This document shows positions 46,876 through 57,103 of a DNA stretch of 64,000 nt, in pieces. The notes under the pieces are model-generated. The model did not search any database, had not been told where the DNA came from, and saw nothing but the letters and a program-made list of their open reading frames with translations. Source of the stretch: Syntrophales bacterium (lineage in GTDB: Bacteria > Desulfobacterota > Syntrophia > Syntrophales > UBA4778). The position numbers and the translations under genes are program-made. The stretch spans positions 248,001-312,000 of the forward strand of contig CAXXQE010000008.1 in assembly GCA_963665615.2 (NCBI GenBank), read 5' to 3'. Every line of letters begins with the position of its first letter. Positions within the stretch are counted from its first letter, which is position 1.

Positions 46876-48876
46876 CTACGGCTCCCCCCCGTACTCCAAT
46901 TCTTTGTTGGACAACTTCAGAATCCGATCCCTGATCTCCGCAGCCCGCTCGAACTCCAGATCCCGCGCGGCCTCGTTCATTTCCTGCTTCAACTTCTTGA
47001 TCAGGGCGAGGAGTTCCTTCTCAGAATAGATTTCTTCTTCCTCCGCCGCCACCTTCACTGTGACATAGTCCGCCTCATAAACCGAGGCAAGGGCGTCGGT
47101 GAGGGACTTGCGCACGGACTCGGGGGTGATGCCGTGATCGATATTGTACTTGCCCTGGATGCCGCGACGGCGTTCGGTTTCCCGGAGGCAGGCGTCAATG
47201 GCCGCGGTGCGCTTGTCGGCGTACATAATGACCTCACCCGCCACGTTGCGGGCGGCGCGGCCGCTGGTCTGGATGAGGGATCGCTCGGAGCGCAGGAAGC
47301 CCTCCTTGTCGGCGTCGAGGATGGCGACAAGCGAGACTTCGGGGATATCGAGCCCCTCGCGCAGGAGGTTTACCCCGACAAGGACGTCTATCTTCCCCAT
47401 GCGCAGGTCACGGATGATGGCGACGCGCTCCAGGGTGACGACGTCAGAATGCAGGTACGCCACTTTAATGCCGAGGCTCTGATAGTATTCGGTCAGGTTC
47501 TCGGCCATGCGTTTGGTCAGGGTCGTCACCAGGACGCGCTCGTTCTTCGCAATGCGTTTCTGGATCTCGCCGAGCAGATCGTCCACCTGGCTCTTGACGG
47601 GCTTCACGGTCACCTCCGGATCCATGAGGCCCGTGGGGCGGATCAACTGCTCGACGACGCGGCCACCGGAGGTCGCCAGTTCATAATCCGCCGGCGTTGC
47701 GGAGATATAGAGGCGCTGCTGGGGATAGGCCTCGTATTCGGCGAAGGTCAGGGGGCGGTTGTCTAGGGCGGAAGGCAGCCGGAAACCGTAACTGACGAGG
47801 GTTTCCTTGCGCGACCGGTCGCCTCGGAACATCCCGTTGATCTGCGGGATGGTGACATGGCTCTCGTCGATAACGATGAGGGCGTCGGTCGGCAGATACT
47901 CCATGAGCGTCGGGGGCGCTTCCCCCTGACGGCGTCCGGTCAAGTGTCGCGAATAGTTCTCGATCCCCTGGCAGTAGCCCATCTCCTCCATCATCTCGAG
48001 GTCAAAGTTGGTGCGCTGCTCCAGCCGTTGCGCCTCGAGGAGTTTGTTCTCCTGTTTCAGAAAATCGAGACGCGGCCCGAGTTCGAGCCGGATGTCGCCA
48101 ATGGCCCGCTTCAGGTTGTCGCGCGAGGTCACGTAATGGCTGCCGGGATAGATGGCGCATTTGTAGAGGCGTTCGATCTTGCGGCCGCGCAGCGGGTCGA
48201 TGCTGGAGATCGCCTCGATGGTGTCACCGAAGAACTCGACGCGAATGGCGCGGTCCTCTTCGTAGGCAGGGAAGATCTCGACCACATCGCCGCGGACGCG
48301 GAAGGTGCCGCGGTGGAAATCCACATCGTTGCGAACGTACTGGATCTCGACGAGCTTGCGCAGCATGTCGTCACGGACGATCTCGCGCCCCTCTTCGATC
48401 TGCAAGAGCATCTCGGAGTAAGCCTCGGGGGAGCCGATACCGTAGATGCAGGAAACGCTGGCCACCACAATGACGTCGCGTCGCTCCAGAATGGAACGCG
48501 TGGCGGAGTGGCGCATCTTGTCGATGGTCTCGTTGATGGCCGAATCCTTCTCGATATAGGTGTCGGTGGTCGGAATATAGGCCTCGGGCTGGTAGTAGTC
48601 GTAATAGCTGACAAAGTACTCGACGGCGTTCTCGGGGAAGAGCGCCTTGAACTCACTGTAGAGCTGGGCGGCCAAGGTCTTGTTGTGGGCAATGACGAGG
48701 GCGGGGCGCTGCACGGCCTCGATGACGTTGGCGACGGTGAAGGTCTTGCCGGACCCGGTCACCCCGAGGAGCACCTGATGGGGGAGTCCCTCACGGACAC
48801 CGGCGACCAGCTTCTGGATCGCCTGCGGCTGGTCGCCTGCAGGCTGAAAATCCGTGACGATTTTAAATTTGCTCAT
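46876..48876 (-). CDS. uvrB: Excinuclease ABC subunit B
   Basis: [46 protein letters not shown] and C-terminal UVR domain. Confidence 0.98.
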   Translation of the reverse strand: MSKFKIVTDFQPAGDQPQAIQKLVAGVREGLPHQVLLGVTGSGKTFTVANVIEAVQRPALVIAHNKTLAAQLYSEFKALFPENAVEYFVSYYDYYQPEAYIPTTDTYIEKDSAINETIDKMRHSATRSILERRDVIVVASVSCIYGIGSPEAYSEMLLQIEEGREIVRDDMLRKLVEIQYVRNDVDFHRGTFRVRGDVVEIFPAYEEDRAIRVEFFGDTIEAISSIDPLRGRKIERLYKCAIYPGSHYVTSRDNLKRAIGDIRLELGPRLDFLKQENKLLEAQRLEQRTNFDLEMMEEMGYCQGIENYSRHLTGRRQGEAPPTLMEYLPTDALIVIDESHVTIPQINGMFRGDRSRKETLVSYGFRLPSALDNRPLTFAEYEAYPQQRLYISATPADYELATSGGRVVEQLIRPTGLMDPEVTVKPVKSQVDDLLGEIQKRIAKNERVLVTTLTKRMAENLTEYYQSLGIKVAYLHSDVVTLERVAIIRDLRMGKIDVLVGVNLLREGLDIPEVSLVAILDADKEGFLRSERSLIQTSGRAARNVAGEVIMYADKRTAAIDACLRETERRRGIQGKYNIDHGITPESVRKSLTDALASVYEADYVTVKVAAEEEEIYSEKELLALIKKLKQEMNEAARDLEFERAAEIRDRILKLSNKELEYGGEP

Positions 48877-48931
48877 CTTTAGATTTGCTCAACGGGCTCA
48901 CAATGGTTAAGATAGATCAGCGCGGCTAAAG

Positions 48932-48980
48932 CCGCAGTGACAGTGACGGGTAACGGGTGACAGGCAAAAAGCATCAGATT
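48932..48980 (+). repeat. Heptamer-repeat element GCCGCA-(GTRACRR)n-GTGACAGGCA (representative copy)
   Basis: Related copies at ~7612, ~7780 (inverted), ~13728, ~23368, ~25650, ~25808-25845 (inverted), ~50878 and ~51699-51736 (inverted). Confidence 0.75.
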
Positions 48981-49141
48981 ATTGCCAGATACAGCCTGCC
49001 ACCGTGGCCAACCTTATAAGAAGATTATACGTTGCCGACAAGAAACGCAAGCAACAGAAGCTCCAGAGCAATGATTGTACGTGAAAGCATCTTTTCACTT
49101 GAACTCTCGAGACCTTGAATCCTATTTTTACGGAGAACTGA

Positions 49142-49957
49142 ATGAGAATCGCACGTATCCGCAGCACGGAAGGGGAAATATTATACGGTGTCTTGGAACC
49201 CGAGACAGATTATCAGATCCGGGTGATCGAGGGGGATCTTTTCGGACACTTTTCAATCGGCAACCGTACCGCACAGATCGAAACGCTTCTGGCGCCGGTT
49301 GAGCCCCCCAACATCCTCGCTATCGGCCTGAACTACCGGGGACATGCGGACGAATTCAAGATGAATTATCCGGAACATCCCGTCGCGTTCATCAAGGCTA
49401 CGACGAGTGTCATCGGGCCGGGCGCCCCGATCCTCCTGCCGCAGGCAGGACCGGAACGCGTGGATTACGAATGCGAACTGGGGATCATCATCGGCGAGAC
49501 CTGCAAGAATATTGCGCCGGGAGAGGCCTACAATTATATCCTCGGTTACACCTGCACCAACGACGTGAGCGCCCGCGACTGGCAGATGGAACGCCAGCAG
49601 GGGCAGTGGGCCCGGGGCAAGAGTTTCGACACCTTCTGCCCGGTCGGCCCCTGGATCGTTACCAAGGATGAAGTGCCGGATCCGGACGGCCTGAGAATTG
49701 CAACGCTACTCAATGGTATGGTCATGCAAGAGGGAACGACAGCGGACATGATCTTCGATGTGGCCAACCTGGTGAGCGATCTGAGCCGCTCCATGACCCT
49801 CCTGCCGGGCACTCTGATTCTGACAGGCACGCCGGAAGGCGTCGGCTTTAAGCGCCAACCGCCCGTTTTTCTTAAGGAAGGAGATATGGTAAGTGTCTCG
49901 ATCGAGCAGATCGGCACCCTGACGAATCCGGTTATGAGGGAGGCGGCTATAAAATAA
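49142..49957 (+). CDS. Fumarylacetoacetate hydrolase family protein
   Basis: IGLNYRGH, DYECELG, NDVSARD, GKSFDTFCPVGP and LTGTPEGVG motifs. Confidence 0.93.
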   Translation: MRIARIRSTEGEILYGVLEPETDYQIRVIEGDLFGHFSIGNRTAQIETLLAPVEPPNILAIGLNYRGHADEFKMNYPEHPVAFIKATTSVIGPGAPILLPQAGPERVDYECELGIIIGETCKNIAPGEAYNYILGYTCTNDVSARDWQMERQQGQWARGKSFDTFCPVGPWIVTKDEVPDPDGLRIATLLNGMVMQEGTTADMIFDVANLVSDLSRSMTLLPGTLILTGTPEGVGFKRQPPVFLKEGDMVSVSIEQIGTLTNPVMREAAIK

Positions 49958-50033
49958 GGGGCGCCGATAATTGATTGATGTAGGACAAGAAAGCGGATAT
50001 AAGGGGATCGAAGTTAAGAAAAGAGGTTTATTG

Positions 50034-50870
50034 ATGCCCAAATTGCAAGACAACTTAAGAAAAATCGAAGTCCATAAAATCGCGAGCCCCCATTACCGGG
50101 AGCTGCTCGATATCTATGGCGAAATATTAATCCTGCGGGAATCCTACCGGCGCCGGCTCGGCGCGTCGTCCATTTTCGACGTCGATCCGGCGCATGTGCG
50201 CCAGAAACTGGCAGGGGGACTGCCCCTTGTCGATCTGTCGCAGAAGAACCTCGACCTGTCTGAGCCGAAGGCCTATTTCATCGAGCTGATGAAAATCGCC
50301 GAGAAGATCAACCTCGATGAGAGCCGGGAAATTGTCCAGGCCATCGAGGACGGGGAGCTTTTCTTTGAAGACCTCGTCCGGGAGACCTTCGAATCGTTCA
50401 ATGCCGAGTACGATCAGGAATCGGAAGAGGAGGAGCCAGTCTTCGATCTGCTCGGTTTTTTCATCGAGGAGAGCCTGAGGCCCGCCCTGGAGCTCGTCGC
50501 CGAGCGTTATGCGGAAACGATCCGCCAGTCAAACTGGTCGGAGGGTTACTGCCCCGTTTGCAGCAGGGAACCGAAAATCGGAAAATTAAAGGACGACGAG
50601 GGAAGGCGCTTTCTGTTCTGCAGCCAGTGTGCAACCGAGTGGAGCTTTAACCGGATTAAATGCCCATTCTGCGGCAATGAGGAGCAGAGCAAACTGTCCT
50701 ACTTTACCGTTGAAGATGATGAGCGGCATCGCGTAGAGGTGTGTGATCAATGCAAACGCTACATCAAAACGTTCGACCTTAGCAATACGCAGGAAGAACC
50801 CAACCTGGACATCGAGGATATTGCTACGATCCATCTGGATATGCTGGCCAACGAAGAAGGGTATAATTAG
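50034..50870 (+). CDS. fdhE: Formate dehydrogenase accessory protein FdhE
   Basis: WSEGYCPVC, RFLFCSQCATEW...CPFCG, CDQCKRYIK and DIATIHLD motifs. Confidence 0.88.
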   Translation: MPKLQDNLRKIEVHKIASPHYRELLDIYGEILILRESYRRRLGASSIFDVDPAHVRQKLAGGLPLVDLSQKNLDLSEPKAYFIELMKIAEKINLDESREIVQAIEDGELFFEDLVRETFESFNAEYDQESEEEEPVFDLLGFFIEESLRPALELVAERYAETIRQSNWSEGYCPVCSREPKIGKLKDDEGRRFLFCSQCATEWSFNRIKCPFCGNEEQSKLSYFTVEDDERHRVEVCDQCKRYIKTFDLSNTQEEPNLDIEDIATIHLDMLANEEGYN

Positions 50871-50906
50871 CGGCCAGCGCCGCAGTGACGAGTGACAGAG
50901 AGCTGA

Positions 50907-51563
50907 ATGAACGATAAAGATATCGGCAAAATCGTCAGGCTCCTTACCGCCGAGTTAGCCGATCGGGAGTTGCCTATCGTTTCCCTGATGGCGGAACACA
51001 AGGCCTCACCCTTCCGAATCCTGATTTCCACTGTCCTGAGCGCCCGAACCACCGATGACGTAACCGCCGCTGCCTCGGCGAGGCTCTTTGCAAAAGCCGA
51101 CAAACCAGAATCGCTTCTGAAATTGTCGGAATCGGAGCTCCAGAAACTTATCTTTCCGGTCGGCTTCTACAAGACAAAAGCGAAGTCTCTCCTGCAGCTG
51201 TGCCGGAATCTTATGGACCGTTACGATTCTCAGGTTCCGCAAACCATGGAAGAGCTGTTGACCCTGCCGGGGGTCGGCCGAAAAACAGCCAATCTTGTTT
51301 TGGCGCTCGCCTTTAACGGCGACGGCCTCTGCGTCGATACCCACGTTCACCGGATTTCCAACCGGTTCGGCTATATCCAAACCACCACGCCAGCGGAGAG
51401 CGAAATGGCGCTACGGAGAAAACTCCCCAGGAAGTATTGGATGATCTACAATACACTCCTGGTAGCGCACGGCCAGTACACCTGCCGACCGATCTCCCCC
51501 TTCTGCAGTCGATGTCCGGTGACCAAATACTGCGACAAGATCGGCGTCACCAAAAATCGATGA
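50907..51563 (+). CDS. nth: Endonuclease III
   Basis: PFRILISTVLSART, HhH LPGVGRKTAN, VDTHVHR and C-x6-C-x2-C-x5-C cluster. Confidence 0.93.
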   Translation: MNDKDIGKIVRLLTAELADRELPIVSLMAEHKASPFRILISTVLSARTTDDVTAAASARLFAKADKPESLLKLSESELQKLIFPVGFYKTKAKSLLQLCRNLMDRYDSQVPQTMEELLTLPGVGRKTANLVLALAFNGDGLCVDTHVHRISNRFGYIQTTTPAESEMALRRKLPRKYWMIYNTLLVAHGQYTCRPISPFCSRCPVTKYCDKIGVTKNR

Positions 51564-51633
51564 GCCAGATAAACCGGAGAGAAACTTCCCGACACGCATC
51601 ATTCCGCTGTAACTGTTTGTTTGGCGGGACAAC

Positions 51634-51660
51634 AAAAAAGGGCCGGTTCATGCCCGGCCC
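51634..51660 (-). terminator. Intrinsic terminator
   Basis: GGGCCGG stem followed by T6 on the minus strand. Confidence 0.6.
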
Positions 51661-51746
51661 CCATTTGTCTCCATTACATCTACTTCGCTGCTGTACTGTG
51701 CCTGTCACTCGTTACTTGTGACCCGTCACTGCGGTGTCCACCGCCC

Positions 51747-52163
51747 TCAGCTGTCGAATTTCGGAATAGGTATTTTCACGAACGGAACACCCGCTTCCCG
51801 GAGCACTTCTTCTTCCGCCTTGGTCGTTGTGCCCTTGATATTTCGCTGATCTTCTTCCCCCGAGTGTATCTTCAGGGCCTTTTCGGCAAACTTGTCTCCC
51901 ACCTCTTCGAAATGCTTGTCGAGGAATACGTGCATCATCTCGATCGCCCTCATAGGAGAGAGGTCTTGGGGTTGATTTTTCTTGGAATCCCGCCGTTCAC
52001 TGGCCATTATCGAAATGGAGGATGGTACCATCGCAATCTCGGTTCCCCCACAAATGGGGCACGTCAACAATTTTCCGGCCTTTTGAGATTCAAAGGCGGC
52101 CCGATCGTGAAACCAGCCCTCAAAGTTGTGATTTTTCTCGCATCTGAGATCGTAAACAATCAT
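51747..52163 (-). CDS. DUF1178 family protein
   Basis: MIVYDLRC...HNFEGWF, CPICG, VGDKFAEKALKIH.GE...RNIKG motifs. Confidence 0.88.
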   Translation of the reverse strand: MIVYDLRCEKNHNFEGWFHDRAAFESQKAGKLLTCPICGGTEIAMVPSSISIMASERRDSKKNQPQDLSPMRAIEMMHVFLDKHFEEVGDKFAEKALKIHSGEEDQRNIKGTTTKAEEEVLREAGVPFVKIPIPKFDS

Positions 52164-52309
52164 AATTGTCCTGCACCACTTAATCGTTTCTTCTTATTCT
52201 CTATACCATTCTTACGCTTATAATACAATGAGCTGGGCGATGGCCTGCTTCAAACCTAAAAAAAAGATGGACTTTTAAGCCGGATTTTTATAGGTTGCGA
52301 TTCTTAAGT

Positions 52310-52386
52310 CGGGATGTGGCCCAGCTTGGTAGGGCACTGCGTTCGGGACGCAGGAGTCGCGCGTTCAAATCGCGCCATCCCGACCA
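52310..52386 (+). tRNA. tRNA-Pro (anticodon CGG)
   Basis: CGGGATG/CATCCCG acceptor stem, CTGCG-TTCGGGA-CGCAG anticodon arm, GTTCAAATC T-loop, encoded CCA; 77 nt. Confidence 0.97.
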
Positions 52387-52479
52387 TTTTTATTCCCCGC
52401 ACCTGAACCGCCGTTCGGATCTTTTTTATTAAGATATTCAGCTTTTCTAATCTGTCAACCGGAGGGACGTCACTATTTA

Positions 52480-53691
52480 TTATCCTCCGACAGCCCCTGC
52501 CATCTGGAAGATCGGAAGGTACATGGCGACAATCATACCGCCCACAATCCCACCGAGGAAAACCATCATAAGGGGTTCGAGCAGGGAGGTCATCCCTGCA
52601 ACGGCGGCATCTACCTCGTCGTCGTAAAAGTCGGCAACTTTTGAAAGCATACCATCGAGCGATCCCGTATTCTCACCGACAGCGATCATCTGAACCACCA
52701 TGGGCGGAAAGAGGCCACACTCAGTCAGAGGCTCCGCAATAGTCTTACCTTCGCTGATCTTACGCTTGGTATCGATCAGGGCCTCTTCAACGATCTTGTT
52801 TCCGGCGGTCTTGCTTACAATATCCAGACCTTCAATGATGGGAACACCGCTGCCCAGCATCGTCGAAAGCGTCCGCGAAAATTTGGCTACTGCGACTTTT
52901 TTCATGAGCGGGCCGAAAATGGGGGCCTTCAAAATCAGACTGTCGACCGTTCGCCTTCCGCTTTGCGTTCCATAGTATTTCTTAAATCCGACAATCAAAA
53001 GAACAATACCTACAACGATAAACAAGAAGTACGATCTGGCAAATTCACTGGCATCGACCAGAAACTGCGTAGGACCTGGAAGGGCATGCCCCGTGCTCTC
53101 AAACATCTTTTGAAAAACAGGAACGACCTTCAACAACAACACGGCGACGACCAGGAAGGAGATCACGAGAACACTCGCCGGATAGACCATAGCCCCCTTG
53201 ACCCGAGATTTTAATTTGGCCGCCTTTTCCATATAGCTGGAGAGTCTATTGAGGATTTTGTCGAGAATACCGCCAGCCTCGCCGGCCGTGACGAGGTTGA
53301 CGAATAAATCGTCAAATATTTTTGGGTACTTCTTCAATGCCTCAGACAGTGTCTGCCCGGCCTCGATATCTTCTTTAATGCTCAGGATGATCTGAGCAAA
53401 GGCCTTGTTGGCCTCCTGGCTGGCCAGCATCTCCAGGCACTGGACGATCGGAAGGCCCGCATTGATCATTGTCGCGAACTGGCGGGCGAAAACAATAACC
53501 TCCTTATCCTTGATATTTCCCTTAAGCATCGGAATATATTCAAGAAGATCTTTTGGCTTCTTCTTAATTTCGATATTCTTGAAGCCTCGCTTCCGCAGCT
53601 GCGATCTCGCCGTGCTTTCGTCCGCCGCGTCCAACTCTCCCTTCTTTACTTCGCCTTTAAGCGTTCGGGCTTCCCAGAGATATGTGGCCAT
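52480..53691 (-). CDS. pilC: Type IV pilus inner-membrane platform protein (GspF family)
   Basis: FARQFATMINAGLP, AGEAGGIL, KGAMVYP, VGENTGSLD and AMYLPIF motifs. Confidence 0.93.
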   Translation of the reverse strand: MATYLWEARTLKGEVKKGELDAADESTARSQLRKRGFKNIEIKKKPKDLLEYIPMLKGNIKDKEVIVFARQFATMINAGLPIVQCLEMLASQEANKAFAQIILSIKEDIEAGQTLSEALKKYPKIFDDLFVNLVTAGEAGGILDKILNRLSSYMEKAAKLKSRVKGAMVYPASVLVISFLVVAVLLLKVVPVFQKMFESTGHALPGPTQFLVDASEFARSYFLFIVVGIVLLIVGFKKYYGTQSGRRTVDSLILKAPIFGPLMKKVAVAKFSRTLSTMLGSGVPIIEGLDIVSKTAGNKIVEEALIDTKRKISEGKTIAEPLTECGLFPPMVVQMIAVGENTGSLDGMLSKVADFYDDEVDAAVAGMTSLLEPLMMVFLGGIVGGMIVAMYLPIFQMAGAVGG

Positions 53692-53799
53692 CGTTTTTAC
53701 TCCTACCGGAAAAATGAATTCTCCACCTTCGGAGTTTATCCCGAGGAGGATTTAATCACTCATATTATCGGCAACAGCAAGTGCAAACCAAAGCAAATT

Positions 53800-54534
53800 T
53801 CACGCTTTTTTTCGTTTGGTAAAAATCCTGCTTATGATAATCCCCGCCGAAACGGAAACATTGAGGGAATCGGAATCTCCCGCCCCCGGGATAGAAACCA
53901 TCAGATCGCAGGTCCGACCAACCAGAGGACGCAACCCCGTGCCTTCGCTCCCCATAACGAGTCCGACATCGCAGTCAAAATCGACTTGTTCGAGGGGCGT
54001 TCCGCTATGAGCGTCGGTTCCATAAATCCAGAATCCGGCCTTTTTGAGGGCCTCCATGGCAACTGTCAGGTTGGTGACCATGGCGATGGGAAGGTGATGG
54101 ACCGCGCCGGTCGAGGCCTTTACGACGGCGGGCGTTACTGCGGCTGCGCGGTTTTCCGGGATAATGACCCCGTTGGCGCCGAAAAAATAGGCTGTGCGAA
54201 TCATCGATCCCAGGTTCTGTGGATCGGTAATGGAATCCAGGATCAAGACCAGGCGGTTTCTGTAACCGGCATGTTGATTGGCAATGATTTCGTCAAGCGT
54301 GGCATAGCGGAAGGCCTTGCACAGGGCAACAACCCCCTGCGATTTGCCGCCGGCCAAGGCATCCACCGCCTCTCGCGGCCTGAATTCGAGGACTACGCCG
54401 TTTTTCCTGGATAATTCGACAATCTTCTGCAGATCCTGGCCGCCCCGGCCTTTGGCAACCAGAATCTTCTGGATCTCTCCGCTCTGGGTGGAGAGGAGCT
54501 CCAGCACAGGATTGATCCCGTAAATGGTCCGCAT
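53800..54534 (-). CDS. rlmB: 23S rRNA G2251 2'-O-methyltransferase
   Basis: IYGINPV, DSITDPQNLG, GSEGTGLR and SLNVSVSAG SPOUT motifs. Confidence 0.92.
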   Translation of the reverse strand: MRTIYGINPVLELLSTQSGEIQKILVAKGRGGQDLQKIVELSRKNGVVLEFRPREAVDALAGGKSQGVVALCKAFRYATLDEIIANQHAGYRNRLVLILDSITDPQNLGSMIRTAYFFGANGVIIPENRAAAVTPAVVKASTGAVHHLPIAMVTNLTVAMEALKKAGFWIYGTDAHSGTPLEQVDFDCDVGLVMGSEGTGLRPLVGRTCDLMVSIPGAGDSDSLNVSVSAGIIISRIFTKRKKA

Positions 54535-54546
54535 GATGTATCCGAG

Positions 54547-55299
54547 TTATGCTGTCTTGCTTGTATGGGCGAGTGCGTCGCCGATCTGGCGGCAGATATC
54601 ATCCGCTGCGCGGACTGGATCAGCGGCTCCGCTGATCGGCCGTCCAACGACGATATAATTGGCGCCTTTTGAGACCGCCTCATAGGGTGAAAGGGTTCTG
54701 GCCTGATCGTCTTTGGAAAGGGCATCGCCAGAACGGATGCCCGGGGTCAGAATCACAAAATCGTTTCCGCAGGCCCGGCGAACTGCCGTCAACTCCTGCG
54801 GGGAGGCGACCACGCCCGACATCCCCGCCTCTTGAGCCATGAGGGCCAGCCGCACAACGAGTGCTTCCGGCGAGCAGTTAAATCCCAGGTCTCTGAGATC
54901 GCCCTCCTTCATGCTGGTCAGAACGGTCACGGCCAGCATGACCGGCATCGGCGCACCTCGTTGTTCCGACAGTGCCTTCACCGACCGAACCGCTTCCGCC
55001 ATCATGGTTCGTCCTCCAAGGGCGTGAAGGTTAAAGATGCCGACGCCGAGTCCGGCCGCCGCCTCAGAGGCGCGTGCCACAGTATTCGGAATATCGTGAA
55101 ATTTTAGGTCGAGAAAGACCCGGCCGCCTCGCTCATGAATGCGATGCACAATTTCAGGGCCAAAATACGTGAAGGATTCCTTACCGACCTTAAAAAGTCC
55201 CACATGATCCTTCAATAATTCTACCCAATCGAGGGCCTTCGACAAATTCCCGCCCACGTCGAGTGCAAATACCAGTTTTCCCCTGGCTTCAGGATTCAA
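54547..55299 (-). CDS. pyrF: Orotidine-5'-phosphate decarboxylase
   Basis: FLDLKFHDIPNTV, VTVLTS, TPGIR, DDQ.R and VVGRPI motifs; TTG start at 55299 overlaps the end of rpoZ. Confidence 0.95.
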   Translation of the reverse strand: MNPEARGKLVFALDVGGNLSKALDWVELLKDHVGLFKVGKESFTYFGPEIVHRIHERGGRVFLDLKFHDIPNTVARASEAAAGLGVGIFNLHALGGRTMMAEAVRSVKALSEQRGAPMPVMLAVTVLTSMKEGDLRDLGFNCSPEALVVRLALMAQEAGMSGVVASPQELTAVRRACGNDFVILTPGIRSGDALSKDDQARTLSPYEAVSKGANYIVVGRPISGAADPVRAADDICRQIGDALAHTSKTA

Positions 55300-55564
55300 T
55301 GTCTTCCTCTTCGCCGATGAATTCGGAATAGTCTTCCAGAAGGAGTTGGTCGTGTTCGATTGCCTGCAACATCTCCGGATATGCATACTTGACCTGTGCC
55401 GCCGCAATTTCGCGAAGCGCCGTCACGATCTCGCGATTGTCCCGGTGCGGCACAAGCGACTGGGAGCCCTTCAACAATTGCCTGGTTCTCTGCGCCGCCA
55501 GGATCACCAGGGCAAACCTGTTGCCGGCCTCTTTCAAACAGTCTTCAACCGTAATTCTTGCCAT
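55289..55564 (-). CDS. rpoZ: RNA polymerase omega subunit
   Basis: MARITVEDCL...NRFALVILAAQRTRQL...VTALREIA. Confidence 0.95.
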   Translation of the reverse strand: MARITVEDCLKEAGNRFALVILAAQRTRQLLKGSQSLVPHRDNREIVTALREIAAAQVKYAYPEMLQAIEHDQLLLEDYSEFIGEEEDIES

Positions 55565-55565
55565 G

Positions 55566-56189
55566 TTATTCCTTACCCTCCAAATGAAATATCGTTCTGA
55601 CGTCGGACAGTCTCCTGTCACGTCTGTTTTTTTCCGCCAGGTAAATGGCCCTTACCTGTTCGATAGCCTTATCGACGCTCTCGTTAATGACGATATAATC
55701 ATACAGGAAAACGTCCTTAATTTCATCTGCGGCTTTCCCCAAACGGATCTTCAGGGTTTCCTCGTTCTCCGATCCCCGTTTCAGCAGCCGCTGCCTCAGC
55801 TCTTCCATAGAAGGGGGAAGGATAAAGACAAAGACTCCCTCCGGAAAGACCTTCTTCAGATTCCTGACGCCCACCGTATCGATATCGAGCAACAGATCGT
55901 TTCCGCCAGATAGAACATCCCGGATGGCGCCGACCGATGTTCCATAAAGACAACCGAACTTCTCCGTCCATTCGGCAAAATCCCCAACCTCGATTTTTTG
56001 CCTGAATGCCGCTTCGGAGATAAAGTGGTAGTCCTTGCCGTTGACCTCTCCCGGACGCATCGGCCTCGTCGTGAAGGAGACCGAGTAGCTGAGCGCAGGC
56101 GACGTCTTCAGGACCTCCCGGCAGATGGTCGTCTTACCGGTGCCGGACGGAGCGGAAACCACCACGATGATGCCTTTTTCGCTACTCAA
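55566..56189 (-). CDS. gmk: Guanylate kinase
   Basis: SAPSGTGKTT, SVSFTTRPMRPGEVNGKDYHF and FILPPS motifs. Confidence 0.95.
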   Translation of the reverse strand: MSSEKGIIVVVSAPSGTGKTTICREVLKTSPALSYSVSFTTRPMRPGEVNGKDYHFISEAAFRQKIEVGDFAEWTEKFGCLYGTSVGAIRDVLSGGNDLLLDIDTVGVRNLKKVFPEGVFVFILPPSMEELRQRLLKRGSENEETLKIRLGKAADEIKDVFLYDYIVINESVDKAIEQVRAIYLAEKNRRDRRLSDVRTIFHLEGKE

Positions 56190-57066
56190 TATTCTGGACC
56201 TGTTCCTTTAACCGGGACAGCTCGGCCTTGACCTCGACAACCAGACGGCTGATCTCGTTGTCCCCTGTCTTGGATCCAATCGTATTGATTTCACGATTCA
56301 TTTCCTGAAGCAGAAAATCAAGCTTGCGCCCCACCGGCTCGCCTTCCTGCATCATTTCGTGCCATTGATCCGTGTGGCTGGCAAAACGAACGATCTCCTC
56401 TGTGATATCGCTCCGGTCGGCCATGATGGCGACCTCCTGGGCAAGCCGCGCCTCGTCCATCGGGAGACCGGACATTAGCTCCTTAACTCGGTCGGTCAAC
56501 CGCTTCTGATACTCCATCACCACCTGAGGGGCCCGGGCCTTGATGGTCGCCATTGCCCCGGAGATGGCCTGTACGCGCATCTGAAGGTCTTCATACAGGC
56601 TTTCGCCCTCCTTCTGGCGCATCTGGATCAGGCCCTCAAGCGCCTCCTCAACCCCTTTTTCCAGGCTTTCCCAGACGACCCCCGGATCGATTCCCTTTTC
56701 AGACGCAATGATCGCGTCCTTGAGACCGGCCATCATGCCAAGTGTAATGTCCCCTGTAACGGGAAACTCGTGTTTGAGTTCGTTCAGCAGATTGTAGTAT
56801 CTGCGGAGAAGGGGTCGGTTCCATTCGAGTTCCGGCTCCGGTGCTTCGCTCTGACCGGAATCCACCCGGATCGTCACCTCCACCCGTCCCCTTGAGAGCC
56901 GATCACTTATCTTCTTCTTGATGTTGAGTTCCAGAAGACTGACCGCGTTGGGCAGGCGAATATAGACTTCGAGGAAACGGTGATTAAGCGATTTCAACTC
57001 AATCACCCATCGATTATTGCCGCAAACAACCTCTGCCCGACCGAAACCGGTCATGCTTGTAATCAT
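56182..57066 (-). CDS. yicC: YicC/YloC family endoribonuclease
   Basis: SMTGFGR, KSLNHRFLE, DITEEIVR, GRKLDFLLQEMNREINTIGSK and EQVQNIE motifs. Confidence 0.93.
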   Translation of the reverse strand: MITSMTGFGRAEVVCGNNRWVIELKSLNHRFLEVYIRLPNAVSLLELNIKKKISDRLSRGRVEVTIRVDSGQSEAPEPELEWNRPLLRRYYNLLNELKHEFPVTGDITLGMMAGLKDAIIASEKGIDPGVVWESLEKGVEEALEGLIQMRQKEGESLYEDLQMRVQAISGAMATIKARAPQVVMEYQKRLTDRVKELMSGLPMDEARLAQEVAIMADRSDITEEIVRFASHTDQWHEMMQEGEPVGRKLDFLLQEMNREINTIGSKTGDNEISRLVVEVKAELSRLKEQVQNIE

Positions 57067-57103
57067 AAATGATGTCTCCCAAGATCCGGGCCGGCCGGAT
57101 ACG

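Noticed and set aside
48880..49140. LexA/SOS box upstream of uvrB
   Set aside because: No convincing match to LexA motifs I know.
7612..51736. CRISPR array interpretation of the short repeats
   Set aside because: Units are 7-nt tandem or palindromic, with no constant 25-40-nt repeats separated by unique spacers, and there are no cas genes.
52310..52480. Island integrated at tRNA-Pro
   Set aside because: No integrase nearby and no duplicated tRNA 3' end noticed in the window.
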